The notes below the pieces were generated by a model that worked only from the letters and a program-made list of their open reading frames with translations, was not told the origin of the DNA and ran no database searches. This document shows positions 21,583 to 31,583 of a stretch of 64,000 nucleotides of DNA, piece after piece. The stretch is from positions 1 to 64,000 of the forward strand of contig CAWJTV010000022.1 in NCBI GenBank assembly GCA_963845755.1, given 5' to 3'. Both the position numbers and the translations under genes were made by a program. Position 1 is the first letter of the stretch. Each line of letters starts with the position of its first letter. This stretch comes from an uncultured Planctomycetota bacterium. Its GTDB lineage: Bacteria; Planctomycetota; Planctomycetia; Isosphaerales; Isosphaeraceae.

Positions 21583-22302
21583 CGCCTTCCCCGACCCGTT
21601 CGATGGGTGATCCGCGTCCTCGCAGCGGTCGTCGTGGCCGTGTCGCTCTTCGTGGCCTGGGACCAGGCGACCTACAATTTCGGCGAAGTCCAACCCGGGC
21701 GGATCTATCGATCGGGCCAGATGCCGGCCTCGGCCCTCGCTCGAACGATCCGCGACTATCACATCAAGACGGTCCTGAATCTGCGGGGACCGAACAAGGC
21801 CTCCTGGTACAGGGTCGAGCGTACGTCGACCCTCGAAGCCGGCGCAACACAAGTTGACATTCCGATGTCTTCGTGCGTCTGGATGTCGCGCGCCCAGTTG
21901 CACACCCTGATCGAGACGTTCGATCTGGTGGAATACCCGGTCCTGATCCACTGTCAATGGGGAGCGGAGCGCACCGGGCTGGCTTCCGCGTTTGCCGAAC
22001 TAATCCGTCCCGGGGGTACTCTCGAGGACGCCCGCCGACAGTTCTCGGTCCGCTACTTGTTCCTTCGTGTCAACGATGGGAAGATCATGGCCGAGCATCT
22101 GGACCAGTACGAGCGGTGGCTGAACGCCAGCGGCTCGACTCATACCCCCGCCACATTCCGACGCTGGGTGGACGGAGGTTTCCGGCCGATGGTGCCCAAC
22201 CGCGAGCAGTGGCCGTATGATCCGTATCCGCTGGTCGTGATCACGCGACCCGCGCCGAGGCCCAAGCCAGTGGCGGCGATATCCAGCCCCACGCGGCGTT
22301 GA
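21574..22302 (+). CDS. Protein-tyrosine/dual-specificity phosphatase-like protein with N-terminal anchor
   Basis: NFGEV...YRSGQ, TVLNLRG, HCQWGAERTG. Confidence 0.85.
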   Translation: MQLRLPRPVRWVIRVLAAVVVAVSLFVAWDQATYNFGEVQPGRIYRSGQMPASALARTIRDYHIKTVLNLRGPNKASWYRVERTSTLEAGATQVDIPMSSCVWMSRAQLHTLIETFDLVEYPVLIHCQWGAERTGLASAFAELIRPGGTLEDARRQFSVRYLFLRVNDGKIMAEHLDQYERWLNASGSTHTPATFRRWVDGGFRPMVPNREQWPYDPYPLVVITRPAPRPKPVAAISSPTRR

Positions 22303-22362
22303 GGGCCAGGACGCAGGCGGTAAGCTCGAATCGCCGATCCTCGGGAGGGAGCCAGACGACCC

Positions 22363-22743
22363 ATGGCCGACAGCCACGAGATCAACGTTCGCGTAAGGTA
22401 TGCCGAAACCGATCGCATGGGGTTATTGCACCATGCCAATTACTTCGTCTACTTCGAGATGGGCCGGACCGAGATGCTCCGCCGGCGCGGGATCTCCTAT
22501 CGAGAGGTCGAGGATGCCGGCCATTACCTGGTGATCATCGACATCGGCTGCAAGTTCAAGAAGCCGGCGTACTACGATGACCTGCTGACCGTGCGCACCA
22601 CGGTTGCGAGAGTGACGCACGTCAAGATCATCCACGAATACCACGTCTTTCGGGACGGCGTCCTCCTGGCCGAGGGTCATTCGACGTTGGCATGCGTGGA
22701 CCGCGAGGGGAAGCCGCAGGCCCTGCCGGCGAGCTTGACGTGA
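22363..22743 (+). CDS. Acyl-CoA thioesterase (YbgC/4HBT hotdog family)
   Basis: VRYAETDRMGLLHHANYFVYFEMGR. Confidence 0.92.
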   Translation: MADSHEINVRVRYAETDRMGLLHHANYFVYFEMGRTEMLRRRGISYREVEDAGHYLVIIDIGCKFKKPAYYDDLLTVRTTVARVTHVKIIHEYHVFRDGVLLAEGHSTLACVDREGKPQALPASLT

Positions 22744-22759
22744 CGTCCTCCGACACCGC

Positions 22760-23785
22760 TCACGGCCGATTGTCGGCGGTCTTCTTGCTCTTGCTTTCCC
22801 CGGCCGTGGGCCGATCGAAGTGGTCGTAAACGGCCCGGGCGATCTCAGCACAGAGCCGATTGCCGCCGTTGTCGGGCACCCAGCGCTTGTCCTGGTTGTC
22901 GTAGCTCATGACACAGACGGCCACCGGTCCGGCGGGACACTCGATGATCCCGGCGGCCGTGCGCGTGTCGGAGAGGCTGCCGGTCTTGAAGGCGACCTTG
23001 GTTTCGGGCGGGAGCAGCTTGGGGAACTTGTCCTTGTCATCGCAGGCACGCAGGTGTTCGAGCATTTCGTCGCAGGCCGCGGGACTCACGATCTGTTTGC
23101 GATAGACGGCCTCGCAGAGCCGGATCATCTCATCGGGCGTGGTGCTGCCCAGGCCGTATTGTTTGCTCCGCTCGGGGAAGACCGAGGTATCGCGGCGGAA
23201 GACCTTCGAGTGGATCTTCGTGTTGGGATATCCCATCTTCTCCATGGTCGCCGCTGTTGCCCCAATGCCGATCGCGTCGAGCACCAGGTTCGTGGCTGTG
23301 TTGTCGGAGTAGGCGATCATGAGGCGAACCGCGTCGCGGAGCCGGATCGTCACGCCATCGGAGAAGTGATACGTCAGGACCCCTGATCCCGGCACCTTAT
23401 CCTGCTTCTTGAGGGTGATGAACGAATCCAGGTCGAGCTTCTTGGCGGCGGCCTGGCGATAGGCTTCGATCATGACGGAGAACTTGATCAGGCTGGCCGT
23501 CGGCATCACCTCGTCGCCGTGGTAGCGGAACGATTCTCCGCTGCCGCTGGCCAGCGATTTGACCGCGACAGCCACCTTCCCTTGATGCGCCCTGATCAGG
23601 GGCATAAGCCGCGATTCCAGGGACGGCGACGAGGAAGTGGGAGACTTCGAATCGCCGGCTGGAGTGGGCCCGTCTGCGCGAACGGCGAAGGCCAGCGCCG
23701 ACAGAACGATGGCCGCGCCGGCAGTGACACCGCCAAGGATCTGGGAAAGAGCACGAAGCGGCAGAAGGCTCGCAGTCACAGCCAT
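22760..23785 (-). CDS. Secreted serine hydrolase, class A beta-lactamase-like fold
   Basis: SxxK (ASLIK), SDN (YSDNTATN) and KTG motifs; signal peptide. Confidence 0.88.
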   Translation of the reverse strand: MAVTASLLPLRALSQILGGVTAGAAIVLSALAFAVRADGPTPAGDSKSPTSSSPSLESRLMPLIRAHQGKVAVAVKSLASGSGESFRYHGDEVMPTASLIKFSVMIEAYRQAAAKKLDLDSFITLKKQDKVPGSGVLTYHFSDGVTIRLRDAVRLMIAYSDNTATNLVLDAIGIGATAATMEKMGYPNTKIHSKVFRRDTSVFPERSKQYGLGSTTPDEMIRLCEAVYRKQIVSPAACDEMLEHLRACDDKDKFPKLLPPETKVAFKTGSLSDTRTAAGIIECPAGPVAVCVMSYDNQDKRWVPDNGGNRLCAEIARAVYDHFDRPTAGESKSKKTADNRP

Positions 23786-23924
23786 GTTCGTGGAATCTCG
23801 TTGGTATTACCTGAGGTGGTTGTTAGATCGATCCGACGATTCTCTCATGTTCGGGCGCCGAGTCCAATGCGTCTCCTCGGTAGAACGGCGCCCGGGCGAT
23901 TATGGCGAGTCGAGCCTGGTAACC

Positions 23925-26900
23925 TTATGGGTCGATCGGAATCGTCACAACCTCGAAGTGCTCGCATTCGTCGATGGAACGGATGGCGGTCTCCATGGCG
24001 CGGCGGACCTCGGGATCGACGTCGTTGTGGTGGCGACGGAGCGGGCCGAGCGCATCACGGGCATCGCTGCGGAGGGCTCCCAGCGTCCGGGCCGCGCCGG
24101 AACGGATCGCGGGCGAGGGATCGTCCAGCCCTGCGATCAAGTCCGGAACCACGGATTCACCGAGTTTGTGCAACACCGCCGATGCGACCGATCGGATGCG
24201 CTCATCCCGGTCGCCCAGGGCCGACCGCAGCGCGGTCTGGATCGCTTCATTCCGAACGCGCGTCTGGTCCTGCGACTCGCCCGGCCGAGGGGGCGTTCTC
24301 AGCGACGCCATGAGGGTGAGCAGCGAAACGGCTGTCGTCCGGACGGCGGGATCATCATCGCGGGAAAAGGCCAGTACGGCGGGCAATGCCGGCATTCCCA
24401 GCCTGATGAGGACGTCGCAGGCCGCACTCGAGACCGCTTCGTCCGCATCGTTGAGCCTGGCGACCATCGCAGCGATCACCGCGGCGTTCTCCTCACCGAT
24501 TCCGCCCAGGGCCTGGGCGGCGGCCGTGCGGATTCGCGGCTCGGTGTCGTTCAAGTCGGCGATCAGTTGCGGGATCGCCGCGGTGGCCTTGGTCTCGAGC
24601 TTGCCCAGGGTCTCGATCGCAGCGATGCGGACTTCCGGATCGTTGCCGCGGAGGAGTTCGAGCAAAGCCGGGACGGCGGCCGCACCGATCTGCACCAGGG
24701 CGTCTTGCGACCATTGAGCGGTCAATGCCACATAACCTCGCCTCATGGACCGAACCCTGAGCGGACCTCGGGTCAAGAGCCGGACCAACTCGGGGATCGC
24801 AAGGGCAGCCTCGGGTCCGATCGCGCCCAGGGCGCGGGCCGCCTCGCTGCGCACCCGGGAATCCGGACCGCTCATGGCGGCGATCAGGTCCGGGATGGCG
24901 GCCTTCGCGCCGGGCCCGATCCGCCCCAGGGCCTCGGCCGCGATCAGCCGAATCGGGGCGTCCTCCATCGCTCCGAACATGAACGTGCCGTTACCCCGCA
25001 ACTCGCCGGCAACGGCGACGTCCTGCGACCGCAATGCCTCGATCAGCGCCGGGACGGCGGGTTTCGCCGCCTGTCCTATCAGCGCCAGCGACTCGGCCGC
25101 GAACCATCGGATGCGCAGGTCGGGATCGCAAAGGGTGCGGATGAGCAACGGAACTGCCGGGGCCGCCGCGCCGCCGAACGAGCCCAGCGCCTGCAGGGCC
25201 GCGATTCGAAGCGGATCGCCGTCCTTCTTGCTCGGCCCCAGAAAGTAATACTGACCGCGATCGGCAAATGTGCGGACGCTGATCATTGGCTCGCCGGAGG
25301 GCACTCGTTCCGTCGCGGTTTTCGCGATCTCGATGAGGACCGGGACGATGGTCTCGGCCTCGCACTCGAGCACGCCCAGCGCGTAGGTGGCGATCCATCG
25401 GATCCGGACGTCCGGGTCCTTCAAGGCGGCGATCAGCGCATGGACGGTCTGGACGGTCAGCCGTTGTCGCCGTTCCCGAGTTGCGACGAGCACCGCATCC
25501 GGCTGTGATCCGCCTGTCAAATCCTGACGCCGGTACTGAACCAATCGCTCGGCCTGTATCGCGAGCGCGCGGACGGTCCCCATCCGGACCTCCGGACTGT
25601 CATCGCTCAGACCCAGGATCAACCGAGGGATCATCTCCGGGTGGATGAACGAATAAGGCCATTGATTGATGAGCTGTTGATTCTGGCCATTTCGGAGACC
25701 GGCGAAGTAGAGGTCGACGGCCTCGGGAGCCTGGGGATCGATCTGGGTCAGTAGCCCAATGGCGGCCTGGTTGACCTGGGGATCCTCGTCCTGCGTCAGG
25801 ATTCGCAGGATGGGTGCCATTGCCAGCGCTTTGGGCCCAGGCGGCTGCGCGACCAGTCCGTACACGATCCCCATGAGGTTCGACCCGAACGCGCCGGGTG
25901 GTCCTCGGATCGATAAAGGTTTGGAGGAGCTCGCGGCTGAGCGAGGTTCCCAGGTTCTGGAAGACCCATTGGGCGCGATTTCGAGTCGGAGCGTCGAGGG
26001 AGTTGAGCTGTGCCAGGAGCATTCGGAGCATCTTGGGCTTCGCCGAACCTCCGATCGCTTCGAGGGCTCTGGCCGCGGAAAGGGCGATCGGCATCGCCTC
26101 GTTACCTGTCGCGCCGGGATCGGCCAGGATGGCGAGCAGGGTACGGGTGGAGTCCTGGATCGCGGGACCAAATGGTACGAGCGCCGATGCGACCTCGCCC
26201 CGGACGCTCGCGTCCGGGTCCTTGAGCCGATCGGTTAGCAGCGGGATCAAGATCTCCGTCTCGCGCTGCCAGAGGGGCAGCAGGCTCGCCGCCGCGGCGC
26301 GGACGGGCGGCTCGGGGTCACACAATGCCGACTTCAACACCGCAAAGGCCGTCAGACTGCCGGCCAGCGCCGCGCTGGTGTAAGTCCGTTCGGCGAGCTG
26401 GCCCTGACGGATCCACAGCCGTTGCGAAAAGCGCGTCTGCCTGAGCTTCTGAGCCGCCGCGCCGCGGATCGAGGCAGCGGGGTCTTTGAGCATCTCGAGC
26501 AGGGCATCGATGAACGCAGGCGCCGCCAGGTCCTGGTAAGGGATCCACGTCGCGGCTTCAATCCGGACGCCGCGTTCCGGGTCTTTCAAAAGCATGAGGT
26601 ACGCAGGGCGAAGTGCACCCGGAATCACGCCGGTCCCTCCCAGGGCCCTGACGAGGGCGCTCCGAACCGCCACGTTCGAATCGCGGGACAGGATTCGCAG
26701 CGCCGCGATCGACGCCTCGGAGTGGCTCTGCCTGGCGATGCTATTCATCAGCGCGATCCGGACGCCGAAATCCGGGTCATGCGCCAGCACGTCGAGTTGC
26801 GGCTCGAGTTTCCGGGCGATCGCCGTGGGCCGTCCCAGCCGGGTTGTCCAGGGCAGCCGGGCCAACCCGTCGACGACCGCCTTGCGAACCACAGGGTCCG

Positions 26901-27423
26901 GCTCTCTGAGCAGTTCGATGAGCGCGGGGACGGCCGGCTCGCCGATTGTCACCAGGGGCCAGACCGCCTCGATGCAGCGCCGGTCGGGCCCGCCACGCAG
27001 GGCCTGAACCAGGGCGGGGATCGACGGCTCGGCCATCTTCGCCTGATTCGAGAGCCCCCACGCCGCCACCTGTCGGACGCGCGGGTCAGGGTCTCGAACC
27101 AGTTCGGTCAGTGCGGGGATCGCGGGTCGGGCGGCCGGGCCGAGATTCATCAAGGTCCTGGCAGCCTGGGCACGGTGTGTCGCGTCTGAACTACGGAGCG
27201 CGGCGATCAACAACGGGGCCGCGGGTGCGGCGTCCGTACCCAACGCCGCGAGCCGTTCGAGCACGCCGGCAGGGGGAGGGGTTGATCCGTCTTTCCATTC
27301 CTCGAGGACCTTCGCCAGCGCGCGGTCGACGTCCACCTGGGCCAGGACCGTTGGCGCCATCGAGGACAGAGCCAACAACGCCCCGATGACGATCACAAGC
27401 CCACGCTTCAGGTGCTTGATCAT
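23925..27423 (-). CDS. Secreted HEAT/PBS-lyase repeat protein, about 1160 aa (apparent frameshift near 25900)
   Basis: Signal peptide MIKHLKRGLVIVIGALL..., many repeats of type AIPALxxxLxDxDxxVRxxAAxALGxIG. Confidence 0.85.
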
Positions 27424-27969
27424 TGGCGCCTTCTTCCTTCGTTTCGCGGCCTTCGACCGTCCACGCCCCTCTCGTGGAGATCGCGAACGGCCAGGCACTC
27501 CTTCGCTCGATAAGTGGAAGCGGTAACTTACGATACCACGACCAAGGTGATCTTGTAGACCGATCCTTCATGGTCGGGCACCGACGTTTCGGCGCGTGTC
27601 TCATGACCCCGCCATTGGCTCGCTCGAATTTGCCTGGTGAGACTCGCGAGGGGAGACCTGCGGTCGGTCGGATGGCATTGCCGGGAGATCTTGCCACAAC
27701 GTGTGGTTGACTGGCGTTTGCTTTGAGACTCAGAGGACCAGGAGAATCGTCACCACTTCGAAGTGCTCGCTCTGTGCGATCGCGCGAATCGGAGTGACCC
27801 CTCCTTCGGGCTTCCCGACTGCTCCGGTGGTTATACGCGAGCGTCGGCGCGATTGTTCGTTCGACGCGAGAGGGTGGTGACTCCTCGACAACGGGCTCTT
27901 TTCATGGGAAAACAGAATATCGTGTGAGTGGATTCGGTGTCAGTTGCCAGTGCGTGGAGTCGGAGATCG

Positions 27970-28962
27970 ATGAGATACGGGCTGTTGTTCTTCGTCGGCC
28001 TGAGTGCCTCCGTGATGGGGGCGGACCCCAAGGTCGGTGAGCGGGTTGACCGCCGCGGCGATGAGATCATGGTCTGCGGGCAGCTATTCCATACCACGAC
28101 GAAGGTCGTCTTGTGGACCGATCCCGGCGGATACGACGCCTACCGCGTCGAGAAGCGGTTTGCGCCGCGGAATGAGGCTCAAGCGAAGGTCAAAGCGCCC
28201 TCGAATGCCTCCGAGCGTGGGGATGCACGCTACAACCTCCGAGAGCGAGGCCTGACCGCCGAGCAGGTCGAGCGAGTGCGTGGCGGCGGGTGGGATCTTC
28301 CGTTGCTCCAACGGGTCGTCGACCAGTTCGTCATCCACTATGACGTATGCGGGACGAGCCGCCGATGCTTCGAAGTGCTCCAGGATCGTCGCGGCCTCAG
28401 CGTCCACTTCATGCTCGACCTGGACGGCACGATCTATCAGACCCTCGACCTGAAAGAGCGCGCCTGGCACGCAACCATCGCCAACAGCCGCTCGGTCGGC
28501 ATCGAGATCGCCAATATGGGGGCGTGGCCCGCTGGCAAGGACAATCCTCTGGGAGAATGGTATCACGCCGATACGGACGGACGGTTGCGGATCGTTGACC
28601 CGCAAGCCGGCAAGGTGAACGATCCCCTCGATTTCACGCGCGGGCTGCATCCGACTCGAAACGAGAAGATCGTCGGGTCGATTCAGGGCCAGCACCTCGA
28701 ACAGTATGACTTGACGCCCCAGCAGTACGAAGCACTCGCCAGGTTGACGGCCACGCTCTGTACCGTCTTCCCGAATATCCGTTGCGACTATCCGCGCGAT
28801 GAAAAAGGGGCGCTGATCCCTCACAAGCTGCCCAACGATCAGCTTGCCAATTATCACGGCGTACTGGGCCACTATCACGTCCAGACGGACAAGACCGATC
28901 CGGGCCCGGCGTTCGAATGGGATCGGCTCATCACAGAGTCGCGGCGACTGATGGGTCGTTAG
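27970..28962 (+). CDS. N-acetylmuramoyl-L-alanine amidase (Amidase_2)
   Basis: FVIHYD, SVHF, AWHA, NSRSVGIE, LGHYHV...KTDPG. Confidence 0.88.
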   Translation: MRYGLLFFVGLSASVMGADPKVGERVDRRGDEIMVCGQLFHTTTKVVLWTDPGGYDAYRVEKRFAPRNEAQAKVKAPSNASERGDARYNLRERGLTAEQVERVRGGGWDLPLLQRVVDQFVIHYDVCGTSRRCFEVLQDRRGLSVHFMLDLDGTIYQTLDLKERAWHATIANSRSVGIEIANMGAWPAGKDNPLGEWYHADTDGRLRIVDPQAGKVNDPLDFTRGLHPTRNEKIVGSIQGQHLEQYDLTPQQYEALARLTATLCTVFPNIRCDYPRDEKGALIPHKLPNDQLANYHGVLGHYHVQTDKTDPGPAFEWDRLITESRRLMGR

Positions 28963-29110
28963 AGTTTGTTCCGAACGAGGTCGCCTCGGCGGGACGCCAT
29001 CGGTTTCTCGGTGCGACCATGGTCGTGAGACCGTGGGTCGGACGGGGAACGTCCAACCTCGCACGTCAGTGCCTGAGTCGGGAAGCGTGCCGTGGGACTA
29101 ACGCCCGAAG

Positions 29111-31247
29111 TTAGCGGGTTTCGTCCATCCGAACCACGCACTTACGTGCGCGGTCACGACGGGCCGCAGCCCTCGCGAAACCAGGCCATGGCAAGGTCTC
29201 CCGATTGTGCCTCCACGCGGGCCGATCAGTGATGGCTGGCGACAGACAATTCCGTTGACTTGCGGAGCCGCTCCGGCGCGGCGCGGGGAGATTGGCAGGC
29301 CGAGCGACCACACGGTCGCCGGCTTTCAGGCCCTCCAGGACCTCGGCGTACTCGGAATCGCTCAGACCGATCTTGATCTCCTGCCAGCGCCAGGGTCCCT
29401 GGCCAGCCTCGCTGCGGGTACCATCATAGAGCGCGACAAAGGACCGATTGTCGACCCAGCGGATGGATTCGACCAGAACGCGCGTGACGTCTTGCCGCTT
29501 CTCCACCTGGATCAGGATCTCGGCGCTGAGGCCGGGCCGGAGTTTTTCGAATTCCTCCGTGATATTCACATTGGCGTAATAGATCCGCACATCGGACTCG
29601 CGGAGTGCGATCGAGATCGGTGTGACCTCGTCGACGATCCCTTTCAGCGGATGATCGGGGAACGCATCGACGATGATGAGTGCAGGCTGGCCCTTATGGA
29701 TCAACGCGACCTTGGACTCGTTGATCTTGGCCCGCACGCGCATGTGCTTGGGATCGGGTAGATTGAAGATCGGCTGTTGCTCGCGGAGCGTCACGCCCTG
29801 ATCGATCATGACCGATGGCATCCCGCGCGAATCCGTCTGATTGACGTAGACAACGACCCCCTCCCCCGGGGCGCGGACGGTACAGTAGCCGATGTTCCGT
29901 CGAAGTCGCTCGAGCCGTTGTTTTTCGAGGCTGAAGGATGCGTCCTGGGTCAACTTGTCGGACTTGATGGCCTCCACGTTGGCCTGGAGTCGCCTTGATC
30001 AGCTTGGGGCCCGTGTATTTGGTAAGTCGCTCGAACATGCCCTTGGCTTCCGTCAGGGCGAACTCCGTTTGCTGGACTGTCAGGGTATCGCTCGCAATTT
30101 GAGATGGCGTGCGGAATCCTAACGCGAGCATCTCCTTCGACCACTTCAAGTTGCTGACAGCCCGATCGTGTTCGATGTGACAGGTTTCGATGTACTGCTC
30201 AAGCAGTTTGACATCCAGGGGGAAGATCCCATCGCGAAACTCCAGGAGCGAGATCTCGGCGACCTCGAGCATCGACTTGGCCTGCTTGACATAGGCTTCG
30301 GCGGCAAGATACCGCACGAGCTGGTTCTTCTCCTCATCCTCGAATGTGGATTTGTCCAGCTCGACGACGACCTGGCCGGACTTGACCGGCGAACCTTGGG
30401 GGAGAATCGAGATGATTCGGGTCGAACCCGCCTTTTCCTCGTCCATGGACCCCATCCCGCCTCGTCCCCGTCCACCCCGCCCGCCTTTTTGCTGCTGGGG
30501 TTCCACCTGCTTCTTGACGGGCTCGGCCTGCTTGGCGACCGGACGCAATGGCATGTGGGGTGTCACGACCAAGGAGAAGCTGCGCATTACCGGTTTGCCC
30601 GCAGTCGTGGTCGTGCCGCTGGAGGCGGATGCCGAGGAGCTACTGGCCGAACCCGAGCCGGATGAGCTAGACGAACCGGATGAGCTAGACGAACCGGATG
30701 AACTGGATGAGGTGCCAGTCGAACTGCCGCTCGTACCACTCGTCGTGGACTTGGCCGAACTGGACGAGCCGGCCTTCGCCTTGGTCTTGGAGGTCTTGCT
30801 CTTGGACGTCGTGGCCGCCGCCGTCCCACCGGTGGTCCCGCCCTGCCCCCCAGACCCTGTCGTACCACTCGCACCGCCCGACCCGCCCGAACCCTGACCT
30901 CCGCCCGCGGTGCCCGACGCACCCTTCCCGGCCGTTGTACCCTGCGTGCCGCCGACGACTCCCAGCAAGGCCTCCACTTGGTTACGGACCGTCGTGTTGT
31001 GGGCGCTCTCGACGGATCCCGTCTCCGCAGCGTGCACATCGATGTCGCCCCTGGCGATCTCCACGAACTCCAGCACGCTCTTTGTCCCGGCGCGCAACAT
31101 CGGTGGTCGATACCCGGACCAGGCGGCCCAGACCAGCCCTCCAATCACGATGAGCGCGGCGAAGATTTTGACGTAAGCCCATGATCCGTTGTGAACTCTC
31201 GGGATCTCGATCGGGGCAAAATCGGTCTTGTCAGCTTCAGGCAACAT
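29111..31247 (-). CDS. Efflux periplasmic adaptor (MacA/HlyD-like) with long Ser/Gly-rich insertion (apparent frameshift near 29990; 3' end uncertain)
   Basis: TM anchor, TRIISILPQGSPVKSGQVVVELD, APGEGVVVY, VRAKINES, LRPGLSAE; clear similarity to the adaptor at 43346-45208. Confidence 0.82.
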
Positions 31248-31583
31248 TGAGGAACCCGCGCTCGTGCGTCGTGAACCGACCCCGCGAGGGATTCTCGACG
31301 GCGGTCGGGGGTGATTTCCAGGCTTTCCGGGAATTCTGGATTGGCAGGTACTGGTCGCCGTGCGGCGCGCCCGACCTCGACGTCGTCCCAAGTATCGGGT
31401 ATCAACCTATTATCGGCAAAAGCCTGCGTGGGTCAATTCATCGAGAAACTTTGCCGGTCTCGACTCAGATGGCGCGTCAACTCATTCCACACCGTCCCCA
31501 TAGGTATTGAGCGACAAAGCGCTGCGAGGCGGACCGAAAGCCCGGCACTTTCGCAGAGAAGGTCAATGGGGCGAAGTGGGCCT

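Noticed and set aside
22760..23785. Bona fide antibiotic-resistance beta-lactamase
   Set aside because: SxxK/SDN/KTG are present, but I cannot identify the class A omega-loop ExxLN motif; function is unassignable.
23637..25508. Long antisense ORFs (e.g. 623 aa here; also 14003-15484 and 52120-53382)
   Set aside because: Shadow ORFs of GC-rich genes on the opposite strand, with no recognisable motifs.
29095..29120. attC-like start CTAACGCCCGAAGTTAG
   Set aside because: No matching distal GTTRRRY arm and no integron integrase; it is just a short hairpin.
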